DNA from: Cenarchaeum sp.
GTDB taxonomy: Archaea; Thermoproteota; Nitrososphaeria; Nitrososphaerales; Nitrosopumilaceae
NCBI GenBank assembly: GCA_965242695.1
Contig: CBDESU010000001.1
Span: 416,001-480,000, forward strand
DNA: 64,000 nt
Direction: 5' to 3'
Shown here: positions 29,901-41,800 of the stretch, in pieces
Layout: each line of letters begins with the position of its first letter
How positions within the stretch are numbered: position 1 is the stretch's first letter
Notes under the pieces: generated by a model
The model's database searches: none
Seen by the model: the letters and a program-made list of their open reading frames with translations, nothing else
Told to the model about the DNA's origin: nothing
Made by a program: the position numbers and the translations under genes

Positions 29901-32645
29901 CCGGGCGGCGCGCCGCCGAACGCGACCGGCAGCGTGGCGATTGACGGCACGGCCGTCATGTCGCCGGGAATGGACATGCGGCTCGGCAACGGCACGGTCC
30001 AGCGCACGCTTGCCGACGGCCAGTCGCCGTCGGTGCTCGGCGCCACGGCCGTATCGCTCGACACGATACGGGTCTTGTTCAGCGAGCCCGTGGCGGCCCC
30101 GGGAACAGGCGCCGGCGGCTGGTCGGTGTCGGGCCGCGACGCGGCGGGCCTCGCCGTCGCATCGATCCGGGACGTTGCGGAGCCGTCGAACTTGCTCGAC
30201 CTCACACTGGGAGGCGATCTGCCCGACACGGCGCCCGACGCGATAACCCTCTCGTACCGCCCGGCCGACGGCGGCAGCGTCGAGGATGCGGCCGGAAACG
30301 GCCTTGTTGCCTCGTCGACGAGCGTCGCAGACGGGATCGCCCCAGAGGTTCGATCTGCCGTCGTTTCGGGGCCAAACGAGGCCGAGGTTCGGTACACGGA
30401 GCCGATGCGGGCCGCGCCAGGAGCGTACGCGTCAGTGATGCTGTCCTCGGGCGGGGGCACGCGCATGGTCGACGGCATCGAGGGCAACGGGACCCAAACC
30501 CACACGGTCTTGTTCGGCGGCGATCCGGCGGGGCCGAATGCGACCGGCGTACTGGAGGCGGATGCGGCGGCGGTGCGCGATGCGGCGGGTCATGCGCTAG
30601 CCGCAGGCGGCGCGATCGTGCTTGCCGACGGCCAGTCGCCGTCGGTGCTCGGCGCCACGGCCGTATCGCTCGACACCATCCGGGTCTTGTTCAGCGAGCC
30701 CGTGGCGGCCCCGGGCACGGGAGCCGGCGGCTGGTCGGTGTCTGGCCGCGACGCGGCGGGCCTTGCCGTCGCCTCGAGCCAGGACGCCGCAGGGCCGACA
30801 GACTCGCTCGATCTTGTCCTTGACGCCGATCTGCCCGACACGGCGCCCGACGGGGTGGTGATCTCGTACGATCCGGCAGGCGGCAACATTGCCGATCCGG
30901 TCGGCAACGAGCCTGCCGCCTCGTCGACGGACGTTGTCGACGGGATCGCCCCAGAGGTGAGGTCCGCCATTGTCGCGGGGCCGAACGCGGCCGAGGTTAT
31001 GTACACGGAGCCCGTGTGGGCCGCGCCCGGCGCGTACGCGTCCGTCATGCTGTCCTCGGGCGGCGGCCTGCGCGTGGTATCCAGCCTGGCGGGCAACGGG
31101 ACCGCCGTGCATACGGTGGCGTTTGGAGGCGAGCCTGCGGGGCCGGGGGAGACGGGCGTGCTAGAGATGGATGCGACGGCGGTACGCGATGCGGCCCGGC
31201 TTCCGCTCGGGACAAACGCCGCACTCCTGCTAAATCTGGCCGGCGCGGCGCCGCAGCCGGGCAACGCCACGGCCAGGGCCGTGTTTACTGCGACCAACAT
31301 CGCGACCATAACGTACTCGGCGGCGCTCGGGCCGCCGGCTGGCCACGACGGCCCCGTGTACGCCGCGGTCGAGATCAACGCAGAGGACGGCAGCGGAGGC
31401 GGCACGCGCCCCGTGTCCAGCGTGGAAGGGCTGGGCACGGCGGTCCACACCGTCGCGTTCGGCGGGGACGGCGTGGGCCGCAACCAGACGGGGACGATCA
31501 CGCTTGCGGTCGACCTGGAGGGGACGGGCGCCGCCGCAACCGGCATCGACCCGCCGCGGTTTGCGGCAGGCGAGATACCCGCCGCATCCGGCCTGACCGT
31601 GCAGACCGTCCTGGTTGCGCAGACGCGGCCGCCGCCGGTCAGCATCGAGCCGGACGGCTTTACCAGGGCGGTCGACGGCACCGCGGCCGGCGGGGATGCG
31701 CGCTTGGCGATCAACGTGACGGGGCTGGCCGGCGCGCCGGACGCGCAGGGCACGGCCGCGTTCCCGACAGAGGCAGTCACGCTGACGGCCTCGTTCGGCA
31801 CGGTGACGTTCCCGCCGGGCGTCACGGCAACATCCGTCCCCGCAGCCGGCGCGCTCTACCTGTACGTAGACGACGGCGGGACTTCCGACGAGGCCGCCAC
31901 CGCCGCCTTGGCGTATCCAAACTCTGGCGGAATGGTGCTGCGAACGATCGTCGAGGCCGGCGGCGGCGACGGCCGCATCACGTTCGACATGCCCGTCCGC
32001 ATATCCCTTGACGGCCAGGCCGGCGGCCGCGCGTTCTACATCGAGGGCGGAGCGGACGGCGCGATTATGCCGATCGACCTGGCATGCGCGGCAGACGACA
32101 CGGAGCGGGTCCATCGCCAGCTCGACGGCGCAGGCAAGTGCAGGATCGAGTCGGGAGGCGACATGGTGGTCCACACGTACCACCTGACGCGGTTCGGCAC
32201 GGCCGCATCCGAGCGCGGCACGCCGCCGCCCGTCGACCACACGTGCTCGATGCGCCTCGGCACGGAACGCCTGGCAGCGCAGGCCCGCCCCGGCGACTAT
32301 TCCGATGCGGCCGAGCAGGCGGTGGTAAACTCGGGGTCGCTGCCGTTCTCGAGCGTCGAGCTCGAGGCGACCCCGTGGTCCGTCACTCCCCTCCCGGGCG
32401 CGCCTGTCCAGAACACAACATTGTCGCAGCTTCCGACCAACGCCACGCTGCTGAGCGCGGCCGGATCGGATGCGGGATTTGTCCCGCTGCCGGCAGGCGG
32501 CGCCGCCGTCGTCGCAAGCGGCCTTGGCGGCGGCCTAGAAGCGCCGCTGTGGTTCATGCTCAACCTGACGGGGCACGCCCAGGTGGAGGGAGCCGAACTG
32601 GCGCAGCGCGTCGAGTACACGGCAGAGTGCGCCGGCGCCAGGTAG
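26931..32645 (+). CDS. Large secreted surface protein 1 (1,904 aa; Ig-like repeats, HL/T module, no obvious membrane anchor)
   Basis: RRRR + hydrophobic signal + DADA; repeats ending D.AGN...D...P; many NxS/T sequons; HTYHLTRFG at ~32172-32198. True start may be 26908 (see findings). Confidence 0.9.
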   Translation: MRHGPAAWGLSRQSWGGGGAEHRPRRRRIAAVVPALAVAAAAAMLAVAAPPDADAGSGTIDQCYRLGPSDIDSIRFRSSNGTYKIGDTIDIRVTVINTRAFDTGTSGNPSARHVLEHSKIRLETGGESDGFADFVTAPSYGRWVDYRYTVRAGDNSSDLDYHSTRALYWRLIGHGAYDHNVVHTNSGDFECLLPQPGGPGSLSNKSDIGIDGIAPRVANVTLSPPDGGYGLDDGVEFNVNFDDTVVYSGAAPILLLNLSSGEFRNATYASGNNTDRLTFAYVVQGGDDASDVGYNGTMALTTAGSMTDKPGNPANLTLSASGSLGRSGPVPIDATRPTVLNVTSPNGTGPHTEGSTIAIRVLFSENVEVVTTGGAPRIELDTGSPGGRYADYDSDASTAQTLAFSYSVAEGDETLDLAYANRMALSENGGIIQDEVGNRATNLTLADPAAAGPLGALGPIRLDAKGPAYVSVSSTTPNGTYGIGSSVAVTVTFNENVVVDTTGGTPRIALDTGSPGRYADYDSAASTARTLAFSYTVTEGDDTADLDYTAAAVILPNGGTIQDTVGNGADLDLPLPGTDGLLDSGTIRLETVRPVVEHVSSEAGTGPHSVDTVIDVRVKLDEAVIVNNSSGTPTIRLETGTTDRNATLVGGNNSDTLVFSYTVRQGDETDDLNYTGTTALSANGATIRDVAGNGADLDLPDWGNGDTLGERKDIAVDTAAPVVWFAHAEYPNHIRVTFDDPVASGSLNASAGWSISGPSAVNLSIAALGPVTMSAPRDNIVFTLNDTLPDTAPDLELSYDAGAGGIADEAGNLLQDTTGIVVADRIRPKIDEALITGNREITIAYTEPVAASQGAYSGLEIGGDARQLDPYDTDALLRQHAITFAGDPAPVPEPPSSMTVDGRAVLDGADQPNPLGDDILTVDIQDGRVLDVFSSRITGPDTAVIAYTRNAEAPLEAYSSLVVGGQDRMITGLAGGGAGAGSHFHTLTFAPGGAPPNATGSVAIDGTAVMSPGMDMRLGNGTVQRTLADGQSPSVLGATAVSLDTIRVLFSEPVAAPGTGAGGWSVSGRDAAGLAVASIRDVAEPSNLLDLTLGGDLPDTAPDAITLSYRPADGGSVEDAAGNGLVASSTSVADGIAPEVRSAVVSGPNEAEVRYTEPMRAAPGAYASVMLSSGGGTRMVDGIEGNGTQTHTVLFGGDPAGPNATGVLEADAAAVRDAAGHALAAGGAIVLADGQSPSVLGATAVSLDTIRVLFSEPVAAPGTGAGGWSVSGRDAAGLAVASSQDAAGPTDSLDLVLDADLPDTAPDGVVISYDPAGGNIADPVGNEPAASSTDVVDGIAPEVRSAIVAGPNAAEVMYTEPVWAAPGAYASVMLSSGGGLRVVSSLAGNGTAVHTVAFGGEPAGPGETGVLEMDATAVRDAARLPLGTNAALLLNLAGAAPQPGNATARAVFTATNIATITYSAALGPPAGHDGPVYAAVEINAEDGSGGGTRPVSSVEGLGTAVHTVAFGGDGVGRNQTGTITLAVDLEGTGAAATGIDPPRFAAGEIPAASGLTVQTVLVAQTRPPPVSIEPDGFTRAVDGTAAGGDARLAINVTGLAGAPDAQGTAAFPTEAVTLTASFGTVTFPPGVTATSVPAAGALYLYVDDGGTSDEAATAALAYPNSGGMVLRTIVEAGGGDGRITFDMPVRISLDGQAGGRAFYIEGGADGAIMPIDLACAADDTERVHRQLDGAGKCRIESGGDMVVHTYHLTRFGTAASERGTPPPVDHTCSMRLGTERLAAQARPGDYSDAAEQAVVNSGSLPFSSVELEATPWSVTPLPGAPVQNTTLSQLPTNATLLSAAGSDAGFVPLPAGGAAVVASGLGGGLEAPLWFMLNLTGHAQVEGAELAQRVEYTAECAGAR

Positions 32646-32852
32646 CCCCCGCCCACTCCACTCTGGGCGCCGCGGCCCCTGATGCGGCTGCCGCATCGGC
32701 GCGATCCACCCCGTCCTGTAGCGCAACCGCCGCCTCGATCGGCCAAAAATCCCCCCGCAGGCGCGAGTGGGGGGGGGGTGAACAACTTTTGGGATCCTGC
32801 AGGCACGGCAGGCGGCCAGCACACTTAAGAGGTTGCAGGGCGGCGGCGGGCC

Positions 32853-35800
32853 GTGCATGAGGCCATAAGCGTCTCCGCCTTGCGAGCGCGGCAGATGCCG
32901 GGATCCAATTCTAGATGTGGGGGGGGGCGGGAGTCGGAAAGGGGGCGGCGCGGCGTGAATAGGGGCGCGGCGCGCCGGCGGCCAGCCCCTGCCGCGGCGC
33001 TTGCGCTGGCAGCTGTTGCTGTCGCCGCCGTGGCGATCGCGCTGCCGGCCGGAGGCGGAGACGGCGCCGTCTGCCGCACTGCGCCGCCGATCTGCCGCAC
33101 TGCCGCCGCCGTCCCGCCAGAGCTCTGCGATGCGCCCGCCGCGTCCCATGCGCCCGCGCCGCCGGCCGCCTCGGAATGGCTCGGCCGGCTTGCCGGCGAT
33201 GCGCTAGGCGCCGTGCTTCCTCCGGCAGAGGCGGCCACGTGCTCCCGGATCGCCGATGCGTACATCTTTGACGGGGACAAGTTGGTGATCACGTACACCA
33301 GGCCGGTAGACATAAGGTACGACCACATAAGGCCGTCGACCGACGGCACGATATCAAGGGCGCACTGCACGGGCGGCGACAACCGCGCCGCCTGCTACGA
33401 CGTACTGGCGCACCACGAGGCATGCTACGTCCAGACGCTCAGGGGCCCCCAGCTGAGCGGCTCCGGGGTAGCCTCCTGCAACGCCGTCTCCGAGCGGCAC
33501 CCATGGGGAGGGCGGGAGATACTGAGCGTTCAGGGCAACTCGACGTTCGATCTTGTCACCATCGGGACCCACATAAAGTTTTGGGAAGACTACTATTACA
33601 GCGACACGGGGTACAGAAGCACCGCCCACCTGACGGACGGGACGACCGCGAGGTTCTCGGCCGTCCGCACGGGCGGCGACTGCTTTCCGGCCGGCACCTA
33701 CACGGCACGGGATGCCCTGCCTCCGTCGGTCGACCGCACGCTGGAGCCGACGCTGGATCTTGCGGCCGGCCAGCTGAAATTCAGGTCTACAGAGCCCCTC
33801 TCTGGAACCGCCCTGCCCGGCACCATCAGGATCGCCGGCGTCACGGCGCTCGACGCGGCCTCGCGCGTGAGCGTCTCGCGAGGCACCGACGTCACGGTGG
33901 CCCTCACCCCCGGCGACCATGATCTGCTCAACTCGCGGCTCGCCCGGGCGTCGACGGACACCTTCAAGACAGTCAACCTTGGGCTGCACGACTATTCGGG
34001 CAACGCCTTCCATACGGGCAGGTGGTGGCAGACCTTTGCGATCGTCCACGACAACGCCGCGCCCACGCTGCAGTACTGGTGGCTGGACTTCAACACGGGA
34101 GTGCTTACCCTGAGATTCAACGAGGCCGTGCACTGGATATACACCCCGTACGTGTACCTGGAAGATCCGCGCGGCGGCAACCGCCACTCCCTTGCGTCCG
34201 CCACCGCCCCGTCCAGCCTGCGCACCGCGACCGTCGAGCTCACAATTCCACCGAGCCTGCTCGAGACGCTCGGCGACGTGCACAGGGGGCACAAGACTGC
34301 CCAGCACACCGGCCTGCGGCTAGACCTGCTGCGCGGCGCCACGGCCGACAACTTGAACAACCGCTTTGCGGGACTGCTCGACAGGGAGATCGGGGTCACA
34401 GAGGACAGCGTGGCGCCGCGGATCGCGTCCGGCACGGCGCCTGCGCTGGACATGGCCCGGCACACGCTGGCCCTCACGTTCGACGAGCGCATCGACGTCT
34501 CCGAGTCCAACGCGGGCAGGATAAAGGTGGCCAATTCCACCGACCATGTGTACCTGCAAGGCGGGTCGGTCGGCGGCCGCGACGGCAGGTCAGTGGTCGT
34601 GTCGTTCGGCAGCATCGTCAAGGCTGAAATCGCCGACCTTGGCACGCCGCTGACCGTCTCGCTCGATGCCGGCGCATTCAAGGACATGTGGGGCAACGGC
34701 AACGCGGCATCGCAGGCGCTGGCCGCGACCGTCGGGCGCGACTGGGTGCGGCCGGGATTTAACGGCGCCTCGCTCGACCTCGAGACGGGCGACCTGGCGG
34801 CAACGTTCAGCGAGGCAGTATACGTCGACCGCGTATACGCGGTAGGCTATACCCTGCACGTGGCGGACCAGACTGCGCCGCAGCAGAAGATCCGCGTGAA
34901 CCTGCGGGGCGCGGACGTTGTAACGGACGGCCGGTACGCCGACGCGGTCACGCTGCGGCTGACCGCGGCGCAGAGGGCCGCCGTCATCGGCGCCGGCGGC
35001 CCGTCGCCTGACGTACGGATAACCGTCGGCGGCTGGGCGTTCAGCGACTATCCTGTGGGCAACCATGGGTGGTACTTTCCGCTACCGGGGTCGCAGGTGG
35101 CCGTCTCGCCCGACACCGGCGCGCCGTCGAACGCGAGCGTGCCCCTGTTGGACCTGGCCAACGGGACGATCCGCATCCAGTTCGACGAGCACGTCGACCG
35201 GTCGGCGTTCAACGCGTCGGGCATGCGGGCCGAGGCGGCCAACGGCTCGTCGCTGTCCCTGGCCGGCGCCGTGCCGGCTGCCGCGTGGACGGGCCGAACG
35301 GCCGTGCTGGATCTGCCGCCCCCCCTCGCGGCTGCGGTCAGGCAGGCGTACGGAACCGGCGGCCAGCTGCTCCTGACCGTGCCGAATACGGCGTTCTCGG
35401 ACCTGTCGGGAAACCGGTTCGCCGGCATGGCCAGGGTCGACATGGTCGCCGTGGGAGAGACGGGCCCGCTGCTGCTAGTGCACGGACCCCGCCTGGACCT
35501 GGGCACCGGCATCCTTGAGATGGGGTTCGACCGGGCCGTGCTCGCGCCCGACACCCTTGCAGGCGTCTCCATAGGCGGCAACGGGACCTCGCCGGTGCCC
35601 CTGGACGGCGCCGGCGCGAGCCTCGCCGGCACGCCGCCGAGCAACCTTTCGATCGCGCTGACGGACGCGCAAAAGGCCGGCGCGGCGGCGGCGCACAGGG
35701 ACGGCGGATACCTGACGCTCCACGTGCCGCCGACCACGTTCAGCGACGTGCACCACCACCGCTTTGCGGGCCTCCAGAACGCCGCGCTGCAGGCCGAGCC

Positions 35801-38800
35801 CGACGCGCTGCCGCCCGCGCTGGAATCGGCCCCTGCGTTCAACGTCGCCGCCGGCACCGTGTCGATGTCGTTTGACGAGTACGTCGTACTCGGCACGGTC
35901 GCTCCGGGCGGGATCGACGTGTACAACCCGCACCGGGAAACGTCCCTGGCCGGCGCCGCGGTGTCCGCGCAGGGAGCGGGAGGCGGAGGAGTCTTGGACG
36001 CGGGCGTTGTGGTCACGCTGACGCCGCTGCAGCGCGCCCTCGTGTACATTGCAATGCACAGCGACCCGAACATATACGTCCGCGTGTCGAACTCGTCGAT
36101 ATTCGACGTGTCGGGCAACGCGTTTGCAGGCGTGGACACGGGCGCGCCGCCCGGCACGGGCGGCAATCCGGGCAGCCCGCGCGCCGCCGCCGACCCAGGG
36201 CTGCCGCCGCCCGCACTGCGGCCGGGATCCGAGCAGGCCGTTCCGCGGGGCGGCGGCGGAGATGGCGGCGCCCTGCCGCTTCCGCACCTGCCGGGCCACA
36301 AGGGGCCGATCGGGCCTGCGCCGCCGGGCGAAGGCACTGGCGGCGGCGCCCCGATGCGCTCCAGCCACCTGTCGAGCACGCTGGTGCTCAACCGCGGCGC
36401 GGACTCGCCGGTGCGCCTGGACCTGAATACCGGTATACTAGAGGTCGAGTTCACCTCGTGGGCGTACCTGCCGTTGACCAACCTGACGGAGGCGGCCATA
36501 CGCGCCGGCGGCGTCAATGTGACGCTCGAGGGTGCCGCCGTCGACACATCGCACGGCCTGCTGGGATTCTTCAACGAGACGGTCGTCATAAACCTGACGG
36601 CTGCGCAAAAGGCCGCCGTCGCGGCGGCCGGCACAGAGGCGCGGCTTGTCGCGGCCGTCGGGTCGTTTGCCGACGCTTCGCGTAAACTGTCCCTGGCCAT
36701 GAACGAGGCCATCGACATAACGCCCGACACGACGCCCCCGTCGCTCGTGCGGCAGGGCGCCGGCGGGCCGGCGCTGGATCTCGGCGCCGGCACCGTCGCG
36801 CTCGCGTACGACGAGCACGTGGCAGAGCCGGGCGGCGGGTTCGATGCCGGCCTGCTCGCGGTCGATGCCGGCGGGGAGCGCATGCGGCTCGACGGCGCGC
36901 AGGGCATGGATGCCGTCAACGAGACCGTAACGGTGTCCCTTGCGCCGGACCAAAAGGCGCGGCTCGCAGCCGCAGTGTCGGCGGCCGCAGGCATGGGCGC
37001 GGCCGCGACGATCGATGTTGCGCCGGGCGCGGCGGCGGACGTCTCGGGCAATGCCGCGCCGGGCGCGGCGGACGTGCCCCTCTTGGTGGGCGGCGACACG
37101 GCGGCGCCGATGCTTGCATCGCCGCCGGTCCTGAACCTGGGCACCGGCATGCTCGTGCTAGACTTTGACGAGTACGTCGCCGTCGGGGATGTCAGGCCGC
37201 AGGACGTCGCCGTGGCGGACAGGAACGGGGGCGGAAGCGAGTCGCCGTCGTCGGTGGCATCAGAGGGCGACGGCGCCCGCATACTGCTCGCATTCCTGCC
37301 GGCGCAGTCCGATGCCCTCGCGCTGTCGAACGCGACGGCGGGGCCCCTCGCGCTCACAATCGCCGGCTCGGCCGGCATCGCCGACCTGTCGGGCAATCCG
37401 TTCGCGGGGCTGTCCGGCGCAAACCTTACGGTCGTCGACGACTCGACGCCGCCGGCCCTCCTGCCCGGGACGATCCCCCAGCTGGACATCGGCGCCGGCA
37501 CGGTCTCGATGATGTTCACCGAGCACATTCCGGCCGACGGCATCGACCTGTCGGGCGCGGCGATCGAGGACGTCAACGGCGCAAGCCGCATCCCGCTCGC
37601 CGGCGCGGCCGTCCTGCCGCCGTCGGGCCCAGAGGTGGAGCGCAGGACAATCGACGACGACACGCTCCGCATAGTCCTCACGCCGGCCCAAAGGGCCGCC
37701 GTCGCACTGGCCAGCCTAGAGGCCGGCCCCGTCCGGATCGACGTCCCGTCGTCGGCCATAGCGGATGCGGCCGGCCTGCGGTTCGCCGGCCTGTCGAACG
37801 CGCCGCTCGGCATCGCGCCGGATGCTACGCCTCCCGAGATCCCGCCGGGCTCGCCGCCCGTCCTGGACCTGTCCTCGGGCCTGCTCGCCGTCCCGTTCAC
37901 CGAGCACGTCGATGCGCCCGGCGCGAGCATCCTGGGCGCGTTCCTGACGGCCTCTGGCGCATCGAACGCGGCCGCTCCCTCTACGATTCCGCTCGCCGGC
38001 GGGGCGGCAATCGTCGTGCCTGCGCCGCCCGGCAGCGCCTCCTTGACGGTGCGGCTGTCTGCCGGCCAGCTGGCGGCAGTGGCCGCCGCCGGCGCCTCTT
38101 CCGCGGTAAACCTGACCGTGCCTGCCGGCGCCGTCTCCGACCTGTCGGGCAACCCGTTCGCCGGCCTCGCCGGCGAGCCGATCGCCGTCGTGCTCGACGA
38201 GGCTCCCCCCGCCCTGGCATCCCTGCCGGTGATCGACCTTGACGACGGAACCGTCCTGATTACGTTTGGCGAGTACGTCGATGCCGGCGCGGCAAACGCC
38301 ACGGGCATATCCGTCGCGGGGCCGGGCGGGGCCGGCCGGCCGGGCGATCCGCATGCGGGCCCCGCCATGGTGGGCCTGGAGGGGGCCGCGATATCCGTCC
38401 ATCCGCCGCCCCCGTACGGACGACAGGGGGGCCAGGCGGACTTGCCGGCATCGGCGGCCGCATCCCTGTCGATCCTGGTCACGATGACGGCCGAGCAAAA
38501 GGCCGCCGCCGCCGCATCGGCGGCCTCGGAGGTATCCATCGACGGGCACACCGCCTCCATCCACGACATGTCGGGCAACCGGTACGGCGGGATCGACCGC
38601 GGCCGAGCCCTGGTCGCGCCCGACGAGACTGGCCCCGCGCCGGCATCGGCCTCGCTCGACCTGGGGGCGGGGACGCTGTCCATATCGTTTGACGAGCACG
38701 TGCACGCCGGGGCCGCCGTCGACCCGGCCGGCCTTGTGGTCGCAGTCGCGCCGCCTGCGGGCCAGTCCGCCGCGCTGCCGCCCCCTGCCGCCGTCCGGGT

Positions 38801-41800
38801 CGGACTTGACGGCGCCGCGGCATCGGCCTCGGAGAATGCGGTCACGGTGGTGCTGGCGGGGGATCAGAGGGCCGCCCTGCAGGATGCCGCCGGGCGGGCT
38901 GCGGGAGGCGCCCCGGCCATATCGCTCGACATTGCGCGCGGATTCGCCGAGGATCTGGCGGGCAATCCGATGGCCGCCGCCCGCGGCCTGGCCGCATTGC
39001 TCGTGCCGGATCGGACGCCGCCGGGCCTGGCCGCCGCCGGCATCGGCCCCGTCCTGAACCTGGCGTCGGGAACGCTGACGCTCGCGTTCGACGAGTACAT
39101 CGACGCGCAGGGAGTGCGCCTGCACGACGTCTCGATCGCGGGCCCCGACGGGCAGAACCGGACGGCCCTTGGCGGGGCATCGCTTGCGGGAATCGCCGAC
39201 TCTGGCCTTGTCACGGTGCGCCTGACCCCCGGGCAGGCCGATGCCGCAAGGTCGCTCAACGCGAGCGCCGCCGGCCGGCCCCTCGTTGCGAGCGCCGCCG
39301 CCGGCGCGTTCCAGGACCTGGCGGGAAACCCGTCGCCCGAAAACCTCTTCTCCGGCGCCGCCCTGTCCGCAACGGGGGAGGCCGGGCGGCCGGGGCTTGC
39401 AGGCATGCCCGTGCTGGACCTGGCCAACGGCACCGTGCGAATCGCGTTCGACAGGGCCGTGGAGGCGCCTCTGGCCAGCCTGCGCGGCATCTACGTCATG
39501 GGGGCGGACAGGACGGGCGGGGCGACCAGCCTTGCCGGCGCCGAGATGTACAGCGCGCCGGGATCTTCCGAGATCGCCGTCGGGCTTACCGGCGCGCAAA
39601 AGGCGTCGATCGCAAGATCGTACTCCCTGACGGGCTCGGAGGGCGCGACGATCGACGTCTCGGCCGCGGCTGGCATCGCCGACCGCTGGCGCAACGCGTT
39701 CGAGGGCCTGGCCGCCGAGCCGATGGACGTTGTTCCCGACGGCGCGCCGCCGGGCCTGTCCGGCGCGGCAGTCGACCTGTCGGCTGGCACCGTCCGGCTC
39801 GACTTTGACGAGTTCGTCGCAGCCGGCGGCGCGGATCCGTCGGCGGTGCGCATGGCATCCTCGGGCGGCGCACCGGACATACCGCTTGCCGGCGCCCGCA
39901 TCCTTGCCGCCGCGGACGGGCCGTCCGTCCTCCTTGGAATGACCGCATCGCAAAAGGCCGCCGCCGCCGCGGCCCACGCCGCCGGATCGTCCCTGTCGAT
40001 ACTGGCCGGGCCGGGCGAAGTGGTGAGCGACCTGTCGGGCAACGCGTACGCGGGCGCGGCCGGGGCGCAGCCTGCGCCGGCCGACGTCGCGGCCGACGCC
40101 GCATCGCCGTCGCTCGATGCGCGCCTCGGGGATCCCGTACTGGACCTGGGCTCGGGCGTGCTGACGCTCGCATTCGACGAGCATCTTGCGCCCGGCAATG
40201 CCGGCGGCGCCGTGTCGCTCCTGCCCGGCGCGCCGGGGTCGGCCCCGGTCCAGCTTTTGCCCCTCCCTCCGTCGTCGGGCAGCGGCAACCGGTCGGGGCC
40301 GTCCGTCGAGTCGTCGACGGCGGCATTCCAGCTCTCGCCAGTGCAGAAGGGGAGCCTGCTCGCCGGCGGCGCCGGAGCCGGCGCGGCGGCGGCCCAGCTC
40401 GTGCGCCTCGACATGGGGCCTGGCGCCCTTGCCGACCTGGCGGGAAACCCGTCCGCCGCGGCCCTGGCGCGGCCCGTCCAGGTCGTCCCAGACTCCGCCC
40501 CGCCCTCGCTTGATCCCGACCTGCCGCCGGCGCTCGACCTGGGCAGCGGGGCGCTGCGCATTGCATTTGACGAGCCGATCGACATCCTGTCGTCCGACCT
40601 GTCGGGCCTGTCGCTGTCGGCATCGGCCTCCGAAGGCGGGGATGCGCCAGAGCCGGTCGCGCTTTCGGCGGCCCACCTGGAGCCGCCGTACGGCTGGGCC
40701 TCTTCGGTGACCGTCCTGCTCACGAGGGACGAGAGGGGGCAGCTGGGGGCCGGCGTGGCCGCGGCGGCGGCCGCCGCCGGCGACGGCGCCTCGCCCGGGG
40801 TCGTACTGCGCATCGCATCCGGCGCGTTCGCCGACATGTCGGGGAACGGCATCGAGGCGGCCGAGCTGGCCGTCGAGGCGGCCGCCGATGCCGACCCGCC
40901 GCACCTTGACCGGTCCGCGCCGCCGCTGCTCCACACCGGCGCCTCGCCGCCGAGCCTAGAGTTCGACTTTGACGAGTACGTGGACGTCTCCGGAATCGAC
41001 ACGTCTGGTATAGTACTGGGGGCCGCCGGGGCCAACCTCAGCGTGCCGCTTGCCGGCGCGTCCGCCTACGCGGCGCAGCTTGGGCCCGGGCAGCAGGGCG
41101 ACGGCTACCGGGTCAGGATCCCGCTCACCGATGCGCAGGCCTCGGCGGCCGCATCCGCGCTCGCCGGCGGCGCGCGGCTGGTCGTCGACGCGCCAGAGGG
41201 GGCGTTTGCCGACCTGGCCGGCAACGCGTTTGCCGGCCTCGGAGGCCACGGCGTCCTGGCAAGCGGCGACGTCGCGGCGCCCGCCATGGCGGCCTCGCCC
41301 CACCTGCACCTGGGCCTGCACGTGCTGACCCTGGCGTTCGGCGAGCCCGTAAGGCTTGCCGCCGACGGCCTGGCCGGCATCGAGCTGTCCGGCTCGAACG
41401 GCTCGCACAGGACGTCGCTCGACGGCGCGCTAGCGCCGCCCGGCCCCTCGACGGCGCTGCGCATCGAGCTTGGGGCCGCGCAGGCCGAGCGGGCAAAGTC
41501 CGCGCTGCGGGCCGACGGCGGCCTGGCGATATCGATCTCGGCAGAGGCGGTGCAGGACCTCTCGTACAACCACTTTGCGGGGCTGCGGGATGCGCACGTG
41601 GATGCAATCCTCGACGCGAGGGGGCCAGAACTGGTCGAAGCGGGGCGGCATGCGCCCTCGCTCGACCTTGCCGGCGGCCTGCTCACCGTCCAGTTCAGCG
41701 AGGCCGTGGATGCGGCGCGGTACAACCTGACGGGCGCGACGATATCGCGCGCCGCCGGCGCCGGCGGCGGCCCGCCGGTGGATCTTGGCGGCGCGACTGT

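Noticed and set aside
36140-36370. Intein or gene boundary at the Pro/Gly-rich insert in protein 2
   Set aside because: No stop and no intein C...HN motifs; it reads as an in-frame flexible linker between repeats.
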